Source: Macrostomum lignano (lineage: Eukaryota). From it: DNA of 64,000 bases. Of this stretch, positions 12,180 through 24,789 are shown one piece after another. Positions within the stretch are counted from its first letter, which is position 1, and every line of letters starts with the position of its first letter. Where the stretch lies: assembly GCA_002269645.1 (NCBI GenBank), contig NIVC01000990.1, positions 62,001 through 126,000 of the forward strand. The letters are read 5' to 3'. A model generated the notes under the pieces. It saw only the letters and a program-made list of their open reading frames with translations. It was not told the DNA's origin and searched no databases. Made by a program: the position numbers and the translations under genes.

Positions 12180-12620
12180 TAGCAACGGATGTAACATAGC
12201 AAACTCATAACACGATATTTGTCACAGCAGCAGCTTAGCAACGGAAATTTAACATAGCAACGGATCAGTCACAAAGCAACTACGGTTTTGTCCTATGGCA
12301 ACTGCATAGCAACAGATTCATGGCATAGCAACCGCATAGCAACAGATTCATCGCATAGCAACTGCATAGCAACTGCATAGCAACTAGATAGTAACAGCAT
12401 AGTAACGGATCAGTCACATAGCAACGACGGTTCTGTCCTATGGCAACTGCATAGCAACAGATTCATGGCATAGCAACCGCATAGCAACAGATTTATACCA
12501 TAGCAGCCGCATAGCAACCAGATAGTAACAGCATAGTAACGGATCAGTCACATAGCAACCACGGTTTTGTCCAATGGCAACCACATAGCAACAGATTCAT
12601 AGCATAACAACTGCATAGCA
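12180..12620. repeat. degenerate GCATAGCAAC array
   Basis: Repeated CATAGCAAC cores with internally duplicated blocks. Confidence 0.8.
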
Positions 12621-12732
12621 ACGCATTCCGCCTCCGCGACAAAAATAATCATATTTACATTTTCCGCTGAAAACCGAATCGAACTACATTAAGATTACTA
12701 GAATGTAACAAATCCATAGAAATTCAATCCAA

Positions 12733-13347
12733 TCAAAAGGTGGAGCGTGGAGTCTCCGGCTCGCATTTCAGATCGCCGTGGGCAACTCCAGCCTCGTCGG
12801 CTTCATCATCGTCGGTGGCAAGGCCCATCCGCTGGCGCTGGCGCTGCTGCAGCTCGAACACCTCAATGAGCAGGGGGTCCAGCTCCTCGTACCGGAAGCC
12901 CACAATGTGGCACAGCTGGCTAAACTCGTTAGCCAAATCTTCCAAATCGGACAGCCGGTTCATCAGATCGAAGTACACCCGCCTGGCGCACTGGGCCGGG
13001 AAGCTGTGCTGGATGTAGCGCCTGAACAGCAGGATGTAGCCCTGCTGGATCCTGTCAACCCGGTGCATGTTGCACAGGTTCGGCCGGGCGGGGTTGTAAA
13101 ACTCGATCAGCTGTAGCAGGGTGAGGGCCAGCTGATCGCCCTGGCTAACCGAATGGTACTCGACCATGAATCTCTGGTAGCGGTGCAGCAGGGCCTGCCC
13201 GTTGGGATAGACGCTGAGAGACTGGGACAGGCAGGCCAGGGACAGGGTGTGGTGCCCACCGAGGCTGTTGGACTGGAAGCTGAACGTGTTCTCCGCCGGG
13301 TTGTAGATGGAAACGCCGCGCATGAGGATGAAGTGGAACACTCCGCC
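12733..13347 (-). CDS. Hr96: HR96/NR1J-type nuclear receptor, last exon (LBD helices 5-12)
   Basis: Acceptor ccgcag at 13348-13350. The join gives HLIK|GGVFHFILMRG (cf. LLKGG..E...R). AF-2-like PLLIEVFEL, then stop. Confidence 0.88.
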   Translation of the reverse strand, partial: GGVFHFILMRGVSIYNPAENTFSFQSNSLGGHHTLSLACLSQSLSVYPNGQALLHRYQRFMVEYHSVSQGDQLALTLLQLIEFYNPARPNLCNMHRVDRIQQGYILLFRRYIQHSFPAQCARRVYFDLMNRLSDLEDLANEFSQLCHIVGFRYEELDPLLIEVFELQQRQRQRMGLATDDDEADEAGVAHGDLKCEPETPRSTF

Positions 13348-13364
13348 CTGCGGATCGGGAATGA

Positions 13365-14890
13365 GGCTGCTGGATTATCTAGATGAAGCTGCTGGATTAT
13401 CTAGATCAGGCTGCTGGATTATCTAGATCAGGCTGTTAGATTATCTAGACGAGGCTGCTAGATTATCTAGATGAGGCTGCTGGATTATCTAGATGAAGCT
13501 GCTGGATTATCTAGATCAGGCTGCTGGATTATCTAGATGGGGCTGTTAGATTATCTAGATGAGGCTGCTAGATTATCTAGATGAGGCTGCTGGATTATCT
13601 AGATGGGGCTGTTAGATTATCTAGATGAGGCTGCTAGATTATCTAGATGAGGCTGCTAGATGATCTAGATGAGGCTGCTAGATTATCTAGATCAGGCTGC
13701 TAGATGATCTAGATGAGGCTGCTAGATGATCTAGATGAGGCTGCTGGATTATCTAGATGACGCTGCTGGATTATCTAGATCAGGCTGCTGGATTATCTAG
13801 ATCAGGCTGCTGGATTATCTAGATCAGGCTGCTAGATGATCTAGATGAGGCTGCTGGATTATCTAGATGACGCTGCTGGATTATCTAGATCAGGCTGCTA
13901 GATAAACTAGATGAGGCTGCTAGATTATCTAGATCAGGCTGCTAGATTATCTAGATCAGGCTGCTGGATTATCTAGATCAGGCTGCTAGATGATCTAGAT
14001 GAGGCTGCTGGATTATCTAGATGACGCTGCTGGATTATCTAGATCAGGCTGCTGGATTATCTAGATCAGGCTGCTAGATGATCTAGATGAGGCTGCTGGA
14101 TTATCTAGATGAGGCTGCTAGATCATCTAGATCAGGCTGCTAGATAAACTAGATGAGGCTGCTAGATTATCTAGATCAGGCTGCTAGATTATCTAGATCA
14201 GGCTGCTAGATTATCTAGATCAGGCTGCTAGATAAACTAGATGAGGCTGCTGGATTATCTAGATGACGCTGCTGGATTATCTAGATGAGGCTGCTAGATG
14301 ATCTAGATGAGGCTGCTAGATGATCTAGATGAGGCTGCTGGATTATCTAGATGACGCTGCTGGATTATCTAGATCAGGCTGCTGGGTTATCTAAACGAGG
14401 CTGCTAGATTATCTAGATCAGGCTGCTAGATTATCTAGATGAGGCTGCTAGATCATCTAGATCAGGCTGCTAGATAAACTAGATGAGTCTGCTAGATTAT
14501 CTAGATGAGGCTGCTAGATGATCTAGATGAGGCTGCTAGATGATCTAGATCAGGCTGCTAGATTATCTAGATCAGGCTGCTAGATCATCTAGATCAGGCT
14601 GCTAGATAAACTAGATGAGTCTGCTAGATTATCTAGATGAGGCTGCTAGATTATCTAGATGAGGCTGCTAGATGATCTAGATGAGGCTGCTAGATGATCT
14701 AGATGAGGCTGCTAGATGATCTAGATGAGGCTGCTAGATGATCTAGATGAGGCTGCTAGATGATCTAGATGAGGCTGCTGGATTATCTAGATGAGGCTGC
14801 TAGATCATCTAGATGAGGCTGCTAGATTATCTAGATGAGGCTGCTAGATTATCTAGATGAGGCTGCTAGATTATTTAGATGAGGCTGCCA
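13365..14890. repeat. 22-bp tandem array (GATTATCTAGATGAGGCTGCTA), about 69 copies, in the last NR intron
   Basis: Period 22 (13441 to 13463). Palindromic ATCTAGAT core. Confidence 0.97.
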
Positions 14891-15379
14891 GATTTTGCAG
14901 GTCAATGGCCATTTAGAGCAACTGCATTGGACCACTAGATCCATTACATTTAGGCCAAAAAGTTATTTAATATTAAATTCGCTTTTGCTCTACTTAGCTT
15001 TGAAAATAGCGAGACAAAAAATCTAGAAAATTCCTATCTTGCTACTGCATAATCAGCCATAAAACAGCGCATCTACGGTAAAAAGTGTTTTTTTTGCAAT
15101 CGCAAGCAGTTTAAACTTGTTTAAATTTAGTCGTCAGCATATTGTTTATCAATTGGGCAATTACTGAAAAACTTCTAACTGATTCAACAGATTAAAGACT
15201 TAATAGTCCAGCCGCACCTGTGGCAGCAGCGCACCATGGCGGACGAATAAAGTTTGCCTAGTCAAATAGGGCTTAAGGAAACAGTTTGCACACAATTGAT
15301 AGAATTTAACCATGCGACTCCTGTACGAGAGTAGGTGCAGTAGGCTGCAATTGCTGACTTATTAGGACGTTTGCCAGCA

Positions 15380-15770
15380 CAGACAGACAGAATGACACTA
15401 AGACAGATACAGACAGACAGACACTAAGACAGATACAGACAGATACAGACAGACAGACACTAAGACAGATACAGACAGACAGACACTAAGACATATACAG
15501 ACAGATACAGACAGATACAGACAGACAGACACTAAGACAGATACAGACAGACAGACACTAAGACAGATACAGACAGAATGACACTAAGACAGATACAGAC
15601 AGACAGAAAGACAGACAGACAGGCAGACAGACAGGCAGACAGACAGACAGACAGACAGACAGGCAGACAGACAGGCAGACAGACAGACAGACAGACAGGC
15701 AGACAGACAGACAGGCAGACAGACAGACAGACAGACAGACACACAGGCAGACACAGAGACGCTAAGTCAG
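15380..15770. repeat. (ACAG)n microsatellite with ACTAAG/ATAC variants
   Basis: Direct reading. Confidence 0.93.
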
Positions 15771-15794
15771 ACAGTCAGCAGTCCAAAAGCTCAC

Positions 15795-16462
15795 CTTAAT
15801 CAGGTGAATCATGTCCTTCTGCTCGATCAGACTGTATTCGGGCAGCCGTTTAACAAACAGCACAAACCGCTGCACAAATGACAGCGTGATGGCAAACGGA
15901 GCCTCCAGAGTCACCGGCGCGTTAGTCGCCGACCTGATCCTGTCCGAGTCCTGCGGCTCCACGTTGTTCATGACGCCGTCCAGGGCGCCTCTGATCACGT
16001 CGATGATGGCGGCGCTGGCCGGCGACAGCGGCCGCCTGTCAGTCCAGCGCGGCACGGCCGGCTCCGGCTCCTCCTCGCGCAGGAACGCCAGCACGCTGGG
16101 CCGGCCGACTGCGGCTGGCGAAGCTCCGTCGACAACGCCAGGAGGCGACGCCGAGACTGCGGCGGCTCCAGCGGCGATAGTGACGCCTGACGATGATGCC
16201 AGAAGGGTCGGCGGAGGCGGCGGCGTAGGCGGCACCTGGCAGTGCGATCCGGACGAAGGCTGGAAGCCGCCGCCGCACTTGCCGGAGCTGCAGCAGCCCG
16301 GATTGTGCTCAAGCTTGAACACGGGCATCGCCAGTGAAGCCTGCGGCTGCTGATCGACCGACAGGAGCGTCGGCATTGGCGGCGTCCGGGTCGGGGTGGA
16401 GCCGGTGCGGCACTCCCGGTTGCAGCGGGTCTTGGCCCGGCGCTGCTGCAGTTCGGTCTCGT
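15795..16462 (-). CDS. Hr96: HR96/NR1J nuclear receptor exon 4 (CTE, hinge, LBD helices 1-4)
   Basis: Acceptor ccgcag at 16463, phase 1, giving WILNETELQQRRAK. FVKRLPEYSLIEQKDMIHLIK matches the LBD signature. Donor GTGAGC at 15794. Confidence 0.88.
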
Positions 16463-16494
16463 CTGCGGCGGGGATTGGAAGAGATTGGGCATCA

Positions 16495-17345
16495 TTGGCT
16501 TCAGGATCTGAGGACAATGATGCCTGATTGCTTCAGGGTCTGAGGACAATGATGCCTGATTGCTTCAGGATCTGAGGACAATGATGCCTGATTGCTTCAT
16601 GGTCTGAGGACAATGATGCCCGATTGCTTCAGGGTCTGAGGACAATGATGCCCGATTGCTTCAGGATCTGAGGACAATGATGCCTGACTGCTTCAGGGTC
16701 TGAGGACAATGATGTCTGATTGCTTCAGGATCTGAGGAAAATGATGTCTGATTGCTTCAGGATCTGAGGACAATGATGTCTGATTGCTTCAGGGTCTGAG
16801 GACAATGATGCCTGATTGCTTCAGGATCTGAGGACAATGATGCCTGACTGCTTCAGGGTCTGAGGACAATGATGCCCGATTGCTTCAGGATCTGAAGACA
16901 ATGATGCCTGATTGCTTCAGGGTCTGAGGACAATGATGTCTGATTGCTTCAGGATCTGAGGAAAATGATGTCTGATTGCTTCAAGATCTGAGGAAAATGA
17001 TGTCTGATTGCTTCAGGATCTGAGGAAAATGATGTCTGATTGCTTCAGGGTCTGAGGACAATGATGCCTGATTGCTTCAGGATCTGAGGACAATGATGCC
17101 TGACTGCTTCAGGGTCTGAGGACAATGATGCCCGATTGCTTCAGGATCTGAAGACAATGATGCCTGATTGCTTCAGGGTCTGAGGACAATGATGTCTGAT
17201 TGCTTCAGGATCTGAGGAAAATGATGTCTGATTGCTTCAGGATCTGAGGACAATGATGTCTGATTGCTTCAGGGTCTGAAGACAATGATGCCTGATTGCT
17301 TCAGGATCTGAGGACAATGATGTCTGATTGCTTCAGGGTCTGATG
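16495..17345. repeat. 32-bp tandem array (CTGAGGACAATGATGCCTGATTGCTTCAGGAT), about 26 copies, NR intron 3
   Basis: Period 32 (16508 to 16540). Confidence 0.96.
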
Positions 17346-17419
17346 GCAGGTTAATTAAATAATTTGTTGAACCCGAGGACCTAATAAGATAAGGCAATAA
17401 AAGTACATCGAGTACTCAC

Positions 17420-17537
17420 TCAGAATCCAGTCCTTCTTCATGCCAACGCTAAAACACTTCTTTAACCGGCAGGCCGAACAAAATTTCCTCGTATTGACCG
17501 ACACGTCGCAGGCGCCTGAGAAATTGCATTTCTGCTC
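17420..17537 (-). CDS. Hr96: HR96/NR1J nuclear receptor exon 3 (second C4 zinc finger), absent from the ORF track
   Basis: Hand translation EQKCNFSGACDVSVNTRKFCSACRLKKCFSVGMKKDWIL. Acceptor TAG at 17538-17540, donor GTGAGT at 17419. Confidence 0.95.
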
Positions 17538-18404
17538 CTAGAAGAAAGTAAGAGTTGCAGACTAGAAAAAATAATTAATTACTCGTTGAAGAAAAGCCGT
17601 CCGAAATTCGAATAGAAATCACAAACATTCGGTAGCACGTGCGTGGAGCTAATGTATTTTTTTACTATTAGACTTGCTGTTTAGTTCTCATTCGAAGCAT
17701 CAGTGCACGAGCACTAATAAAAGCTGAGAAGAGAGAAAATAGCAGTCATGGGCGTGCAAGCTACTCAGCGCCCACCGAAAACCTACGGGTAGCAGACAGA
17801 CAGACAGACAGACAGACAAACATGGATGCAGAAATAATATCCGAAACAAGCAGGTGAGTAGCGAGTCTCCCAAAAGAATCTCTATCTCGGTAAAGCCTAC
17901 CGATCCCTAACCTTAGGCTTAGGCATTATCTTCCCCTGTTGCCCGTGAAGCCAGGTGTGCGCGTGTGTGCGACACGTCTGATCCGCTAGACAGCATATTG
18001 GATTTATCTTCTATGCTCTTGTATAGATATATAGGTAAGAACACACGTAAGGTAATCTGGTCGAGTCAGTCTACAATAGCATTGAAGCCTGCAGAGGAGC
18101 ACTAAGAGCATATGTATAGTCCACCTACAATAGCCCAACAAATAATCCAATGAAAGCCTTAATATATAATAACGCAAAGGAAAAGCTCTAAGGAAATTTA
18201 AAAAAAATTATTGATTACCGATAGCTATAAGCACATGGGTAAAGTGAAAGAGAGGACTTGACACGGATCTTAAACGCATGAGATGGGGGATTTAGAACAA
18301 AGAAATATTAATTACAGACAAATAAGTTGCAGCAGATTAAGGGGCGGTTGTGAAATGAGGTGACTGGAAAAGAAAAGGTTAGGGATACTAGGAAGGAAGA
18401 GAGA

Positions 18405-18880
18405 GGGAGAGAGGGAGAGAGGGAGAGAAAAAGAGGGAGATAGATAGAGGGAGAGGGAGAGAGGGGGAGGGAGAGGGAGAGAGAGGGAGAGGGAGGAGAG
18501 AGGAGGGAGAGGGAGGGAGGGAGGGAGGAGGGAGAGAGAGGGAGAGAGAGGGAGAGAGGGAGGAGGGAGAGAGAGGGAGAGAGAGGGAGAGGGGGAGAGA
18601 GGGGGAGAGGGAGGGAGGGAGGGAGGAGGGAGAGAGAGGGAGAGAGAGGGAGAGAGAGGGAGAGAGGGAGGGAGAAAGGGAGAGAGGGAGAGGGCGGGAG
18701 AGAGGGGGGAGAGGGAGGGAGGGAGGAGGGAGAGAGGGAGAGAGGGGGAGAGGGAGGGAGAAAGGGAGAGAGGGAGAGGGGGGAGAGAGGGGGAGAGGGA
18801 GGGAGGGAGGTAGGGAGGGAGAGAGGGGGGAGAGGGAGGGAGAGAGGGGATGGAGGGAGGGAGAGAGGGGATGGAGACTC
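18405..18880. repeat. about 470-bp polypurine (GA/GGGA) tract
   Basis: Almost pure A/G on the + strand. Confidence 0.95.
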
Positions 18881-19360
18881 TAAGAAAATCTAATAATTAA
18901 AAACAGTCCAAAAGTACAGAAGATCCTAACCGAGGCCTTTGATGTCATGCGCTTCCCTGCCCGCAATCCGAGCAGGCGAGAGATGAGAAGGGAAAGCAGG
19001 AGAGAGACAGTCGGACAGGCAGGGAAATTCCTGCTAATAATTAGTTGAAAACAGTCCATAATTAGCTATAGCATCAGCTCAGACTGCAAGCAATCTGTCA
19101 CTATTGACTGTGTAACCTACTGAGATGAAGCAAGCCCGATAGCTTATACTGCGTACTTATTCATTCACTAACAACACTGAAGTTATAAAAACACGCACTA
19201 ATCTTATACAGTAATAATAAGCCGACCAGTCTGCAACTTACTTCAAGATAGACACTATGTACATCAGAAATTCCTAAATTCATAGTTTTCCTAGCAACCT
19301 GGTTTAAAATGATCATATACTGCAGCACGAGGAACGTATTGGAATTTGCTTAGTTAAGAC

Positions 19361-19707
19361 TAGGGGTTGTTAGTTAGCTAGGCTAGGGGTTGTAGCCTAG
19401 TAGTCAGAGCGTCGGACTCCGTCGGACCCTGATCGAAGGCCGGGGGTTCGATTCTTGACTCACTCGGAACAATTTGTGTCCTTGAGCAAGACACTCAACT
19501 CTGCATTGCTTCAGTTCACCCAGCTGTAAAATGAGTGCCAGCATTAGCTGTGGTAATTGAGGGTGTGTGTGGCGACCCCCCAGTCCTTGGACTGAACAGC
19601 CGTACGCAGCCTTCAGATGCGCCGCGCAATAGCTGCGGCTGAGCTGTCGGTTGCACATCTGGCCCAATTGGAGCAGGTGTAATCAATTATTATTACTATT
19701 ATTATTA
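19361..19707 (+). mobile_element. tRNA-derived CORE-type SINE with (TTA)n tail and 11-bp TSD
   Basis: A-box TAGCCTAGTAG, B-box GGTTCGATTC, and a central block resembling the MIR/CORE domain (GTCCTTGAGCAAGACACT..CTGTAAAATG). TSD TTAGTTAAGAC at 19350-19360 and 19708-19718. Confidence 0.88.
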
Positions 19708-20002
19708 TTAGTTAAGACGTTTAACCAATGCTTTAGATAGAAAGTTCTTTGATAGAAATTCAGGGCCGCGTCGTAATAGGCCACATTAATTTGGTGACGG
19801 GGGGGGGTGGGTTCGAACGACTCAAACTCAGACACAGCGAGTGTACATGACGTGTGTGCTCAATGAGTCAGCGGAGTGGGCAGAATTGCCGTCAGCGCTC
19901 TGGTTGTGAGACGATGTCACCGAATGCAATTTTTATTATAAAAAAAAGTGGAGCAAAATCAATTAGAAAGCCAATCAATGCCAAAATGAGCTCCCCCCAA
20001 AC

Positions 20003-20554
20003 CTTTTTCTTGAGCGCATTCCGCCTGAAAAAGGCTTTACACGATTCGCAGGTGACAGCGTCGAAATTATAGCCCAGCGCTTTGTCGCCGCACACGTGAC
20101 ACAGGAACGGCTCGTCAGCTTCCGGCATTTGCACTTTGTACCGGCGCTTCCGGTGCGGCGGCTGGCCGGAAGCGGCAGCCGACGACGGTCTCGACGCCGC
20201 CGATGACGTTGACGCGTTACTGTTCGATCCAACGGTGACCGAAGTGGCAGCGGCGGCAACGGCGGCGGCGGAGGATGTCGCGGCGATGTCCAGCTGATTG
20301 TCCGAGGAGTTGGACACCAGCGAATGGTTGGCGATGGAGCCGGACGGCGAGTTGTATGACGAGCTGGCCGAGCAGGCGTCTTCGTCATCAACTGCCACCA
20401 GACTGGAGAGGCGCTGATGATGCTGCTGCTGATGATGCTGCATACGCATTTGGACCTGCTGATGGTGCTGCTGCAACTCTTGGAACTGCTCCTGGTTGAG
20501 CTGGTGCAGCTGCTGATGCTGTTGCAGCAGGAGGCGCGGACTCAAATAGGAGCC
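20003..20554 (-). CDS. Hr96: HR96/NR1J nuclear receptor exon 2 (polyQ/Ser-Ala A/B region plus first zinc finger)
   Basis: CHVCGDKALGYNFDAVTCESCKAFFRRNA carries P-box ESCKA of the HR96/DAF-12 group. Tandem acceptors CAGCCGCAG put the start at 20560 or 20554. Donor GTTTGG at 20002. Confidence 0.93.
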
Positions 20555-22450
20555 CTGCGGCTGCGGGGGGGGGAAGAGATGTTCAGATGCTCAGCCTCAC
20601 AAACTTAACAAGTCTCTGTGCCATATCTGCACATCTACAGACTTTGTCTCAAAAATCTTACAGCCTCTTTAATGAGACCATTTTGCACGCCTTTAGAAAT
20701 AAAATCCTAATAAAACCATTAAAGAGAAAATTGCGATTTCCTAAATTGCTGCTCAAAGCCGAGTCCACAGCTGTGAGCCATCCAGCAATTATCAAAATTA
20801 CAATATTCACCAAAGAGTTATTTGCCTCGTTACACGTAAATAGAAAGAAATGACAGAAAACGGCAGATTTAAGGACCGACGTTAAAAGAAACTGGCAGCC
20901 ACACAGCCAGACAGACGGCCAGACGGAAAAAAGTACCTGTAGGAAGTTTCATTACTTTAATGAGACCCGAACAAACAAGAGAGCAGAGCACACAGCTCAA
21001 TGGGTAAAAACAGTTGCAAAAATAAAAGCAGGACAGGAAAAAAGTTGGTTCCACCAGAATCTAGGGCCGCGGCCCATTAATCAAAGTCATTTAAAGCAGT
21101 TTCTTGCTTCATTCGAAACAGACAATTGCAGACGAGCAATTAAAGTCTCCAAAACAGAAACCTTCCAGACACAATGCCGATTCCATTAATTAAAGCGAAA
21201 AAAGTTGGGGATTAAAGCTTCGCAAAAAATTCTAGTATTCACGTCTCAATGACAAAGCTGAGTTTTTTAAGTCGAGGAAGCAAGACCAACTCAGACTGTG
21301 TAGTCGTTTTACATTTTTTCACTTAATCATTTTTTTCAAAGTAATTAACGTACTCTGGTAAGTCGGTGCGTACAGACGTACACTTAAGATTTTGGTTTCA
21401 TAAACATGGGTCCTTACTCGTTTTAAAAATGACTGAATTTTATGTCTATGGTTGAGACACCATATGAAATCGATCCAGAGTTGAGACCACAGACCACAAT
21501 TATAGGATCTGAGTTTTTAGACAGACTTGCTTTAAAAGACGGCCTTTGCGTTCTTCTTGGACTTTAATAGACAGCTTTAATAAAGCTACAAGTGTCACAG
21601 CGACTTGTCAAAAACACATGACAAGAGGAAGTATTTTCACACGGAAGCATCCAGCTTAGTGCATATCTATGGACGAAACCCCCGAAGAAGCGCTTGTAAT
21701 TTGTCAAATTTCGCTTGTCACTTGTCACTTGTAACTTGTCATTTGTAATCTGTCCGACAAGTGCTTTATGAAATAGGCCCCTGACGACTGATTTTAGCGC
21801 ACCGTGCCCTAAATTGCGAATTGATTTCTGTTGTCATGGCTTTCTGTGGTTTGTCTGTGTCAGATTTCTGTCACGCTGGCATACAGCGTCACCAATTGGA
21901 ATGAAGAAATAACTGAGATTTATATTTATTATCTAGCCAGTATTTTGCTTATCTAAGCTTTTTTTCGTACAAAAAATCGTATTGTGTTGCACTTTCACAA
22001 GCATCGAGACGCAACCTACGGTCTCGTGCGTGCGCTAACCAGGCTAGTGCGTGGGGACGACAGACACGGCAGCAGCAGCAGCCGCAGCGGCAGTAGCAGA
22101 TAAACAAAAAACGAAGACCCCGAAACGAAACCCGCTGCAACAGCGATAAGACTGTAGATTATATGGCTTTAATATAAGAGTTCTATCTATCCATTGTACA
22201 AATGCTGCGGTCAGCAACAAGTTTTTCAATTTATTTCCTTTTGTACGTGCCTATAGCTCTGGGTGTTACCTATATTTAGCAAGTTATCATATCATGCCAG
22301 TTGTCTGTGTTAAAAGTCTGCGTTAAAATTTCAAATAACCCAGACTAGCCACGTAGGCTAAACTGAACTAACCGAACCCTAATCAGCGAGTGCCGGCCCA
22401 CTACAGTTGTCTCAGGGACCCAATGTATGTCTTTTAAAAACTTTACTCAC

Positions 22451-22465
22451 CTGATAGCTGTTCAT
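22451..22465 (-). CDS. Hr96: probable first coding exon of the nuclear receptor (MNSYQ)
   Basis: ATG AAC AGC TAT CAG followed by consensus donor GTGAGT at 22450. Phase 0 matches exon 2. Confidence 0.6.
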
Positions 22466-24789
22466 TGAACTATAGTTCAGTTTTTTGTGGAGAAATTGAA
22501 AATTTATTGGTACTTCTGTTCGATTCAATACAATATTTAGCTTTCTCACGCGGCTGGCAGAGGCAAAAGCTTGGCTTGAAGCAAAGCAACGGCTTCAGTG
22601 GCTAAATGAAATTTACTAAGCTAGTTAGAGAGGAAAGTAGACGATCTAAGAGAATCTGCTGCGCAAAAAGCAAAAGGAAGGCAGACCATGCGATTTGGTG
22701 CGGTTCTCCTCGACTTGCCTCCTCTTTTTAGGCTCTTTCTTGCCCGCCGCCTCGCTGATCTCTCATAGGCTGAGGGAACCACTTGCAGAAATTGGGAAAG
22801 AGAGGCAAGGGAGAATAGAATGCGAGCGATAAATTTAATGTGGCCAGCTTCGCCTGTCAGATTTCCTGGCCCTGATAGGCTAGCTATAATCCCTACGATG
22901 AAGACTGGAAGCTGGGAGCCAGGTAGCCCAATAATCTAGGTAGAATACAAAAATCTGAAATAATCTGCAAAGTTGTTCAAATACTCACACGAAGTCCGCC
23001 CAACAATGTCAATGCTAATCCGCTCATTACTATGGAGAAATTCAAATCAGACAGATCCTCGTTAGCAATTTGTTTCAACTGGTCGTCGCTAGCTGGCATG
23101 GTTACTCAAGTTGTTGAGAGGAAATCTTAAGATTGAAACATGAAACAAAGTACGAGCTACTGTAAAGAAATTTCTTTCTGTTATTGCAGCCAATGTTGCG
23201 CTTATTTAGGTCTATATATGAGCGACAAGTGAAAACATGAAAAATAAAGAATTATAAAATCGTTCTCGACTGCGCGAGACAACTTTTTTTATATAGAACT
23301 TCAGGGCCGTGATCTATGCCTGTATTTGCATTTTTACGTACATGCGCGCGCGAGGGCACTGATTTGTGCAGGATTTTTGCGCTTCTACTATAAGCGCAAC
23401 TGTGACAACCAACCAGCCAACACGACACGACCAGACGAGAGCCGGGGTTTCGGGGGTGGCTAGTTAAGTGCTGTGTCTGGTAACTTTTGGCTTGGCAGTT
23501 TTTTTTTAGCTGTGAACATTTCTAGGCCTAGACTTGACGTATAGGAGGACGAAAAAGTACGGAGAAGGCGGAGTCGCTTCACAAGACTGGCTAGCCAATA
23601 AAACATTATCGACTTTGAAAGTGACACGGCGGCTTGCATTGGATTCTTTTTTCTTCAACGCAAACTTGCATTCGAAACAGATTTGCAGCTGCTGCAAAAA
23701 GTTTCGGTTCAGCTGCTCTGCGCACCAAACTTGGAGGTGGAGAGAGGTAGAGGGGCGCAGGGTCAAGAGGAAGCACGGAGTGTACGGTCTGACTTAGTAA
23801 GAAAATTCAGCTGCCTGAGGCAAGAACGACCCGCATTGTTGTATCGCTTGGATGTTCTCAGATGACTACATGTAGAAAAATAGTACTTTTAAAAGACGCA
23901 AACTTTTATTGAAAGTTCCGTATTTGATTAGTCATTCGGCACTACGTTACACCCAGTCCCCAATGGTTGTAACGTAGATTAGCTAGGGAAAAATAGCAGC
24001 AGAAAATACAGTGAAAATCTATAAATATAGGGCTCTGCTCTGTTTGCAGTCAGGGGCTACGACGATGGCATTTTTGACGATATTACGTTCCTTACTAAAT
24101 AGGCTTGTATTTTTTTCGGACTATAGTTGACAATCTCTTTCAGTGTCGCTATCGGAACAGAAAGTCCAGACTAGCTTACGAGTTTATTGATAACAGCAGA
24201 TGGCAGAAAAGATAATGCTATATGGTTTACACTCGCGCGTCATCAATGACACAATTGGTTAGTGTTAACCTCTGAGAGACGCGATATAGATTAGTCGGAT
24301 TCATCATAGCCAAGCAATGCTTGCAGCTACAGAGGAAACCGCACACTGCGTGAACTTCGATAGTGCGCTACCATATGACACTGGCATTGCGCACAAGTCT
24401 TCTAGGCCCGAAAGTACACGAAATATTTTTAAATGCCACGGTTACTGATAGCCGTCTCTGCGATAGCTTGACCCTATCTGCAAAAATCACAACGTAGATT
24501 TTATATTCAGTCTAATTTTAAGTACCAGCAGTAGTCTTAAGTTTTTTTCTGCTATAGTAAAACTTATTATTATGTAGGCATTCTATTCCGTTATTGTAAT
24601 TACAATACTCCAGTAGTTAGGTTATATAGAAATCAGTCTATATTTAATTGGCAATCGCTAATTCAGTCGTAGGGGGAAGTGACTGATACCGCATCTTGAG
24701 CTTCGCATTACTCCCTCCGGTTCTTCTGATGGGCATCGATACGAGTAAACACCTTGATTTACTCGAGAGGTCGCTCTATTGTGCGCAGT

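Noticed and set aside
21690-21782. Harbinger-like terminus (GGGGCCTATTTCATAAAGCACTTGTC on - strand) with CTTGTCA repeats
   Set aside because: No matching second terminus or TSD was found.
23506-23865. Cys-containing ORFs (KQICSCCKKF...) as a second NR DNA-binding domain or separate gene
   Set aside because: The Cys spacing does not match a C4 finger, no convincing splice sites were found, and there is no recognisable homology.
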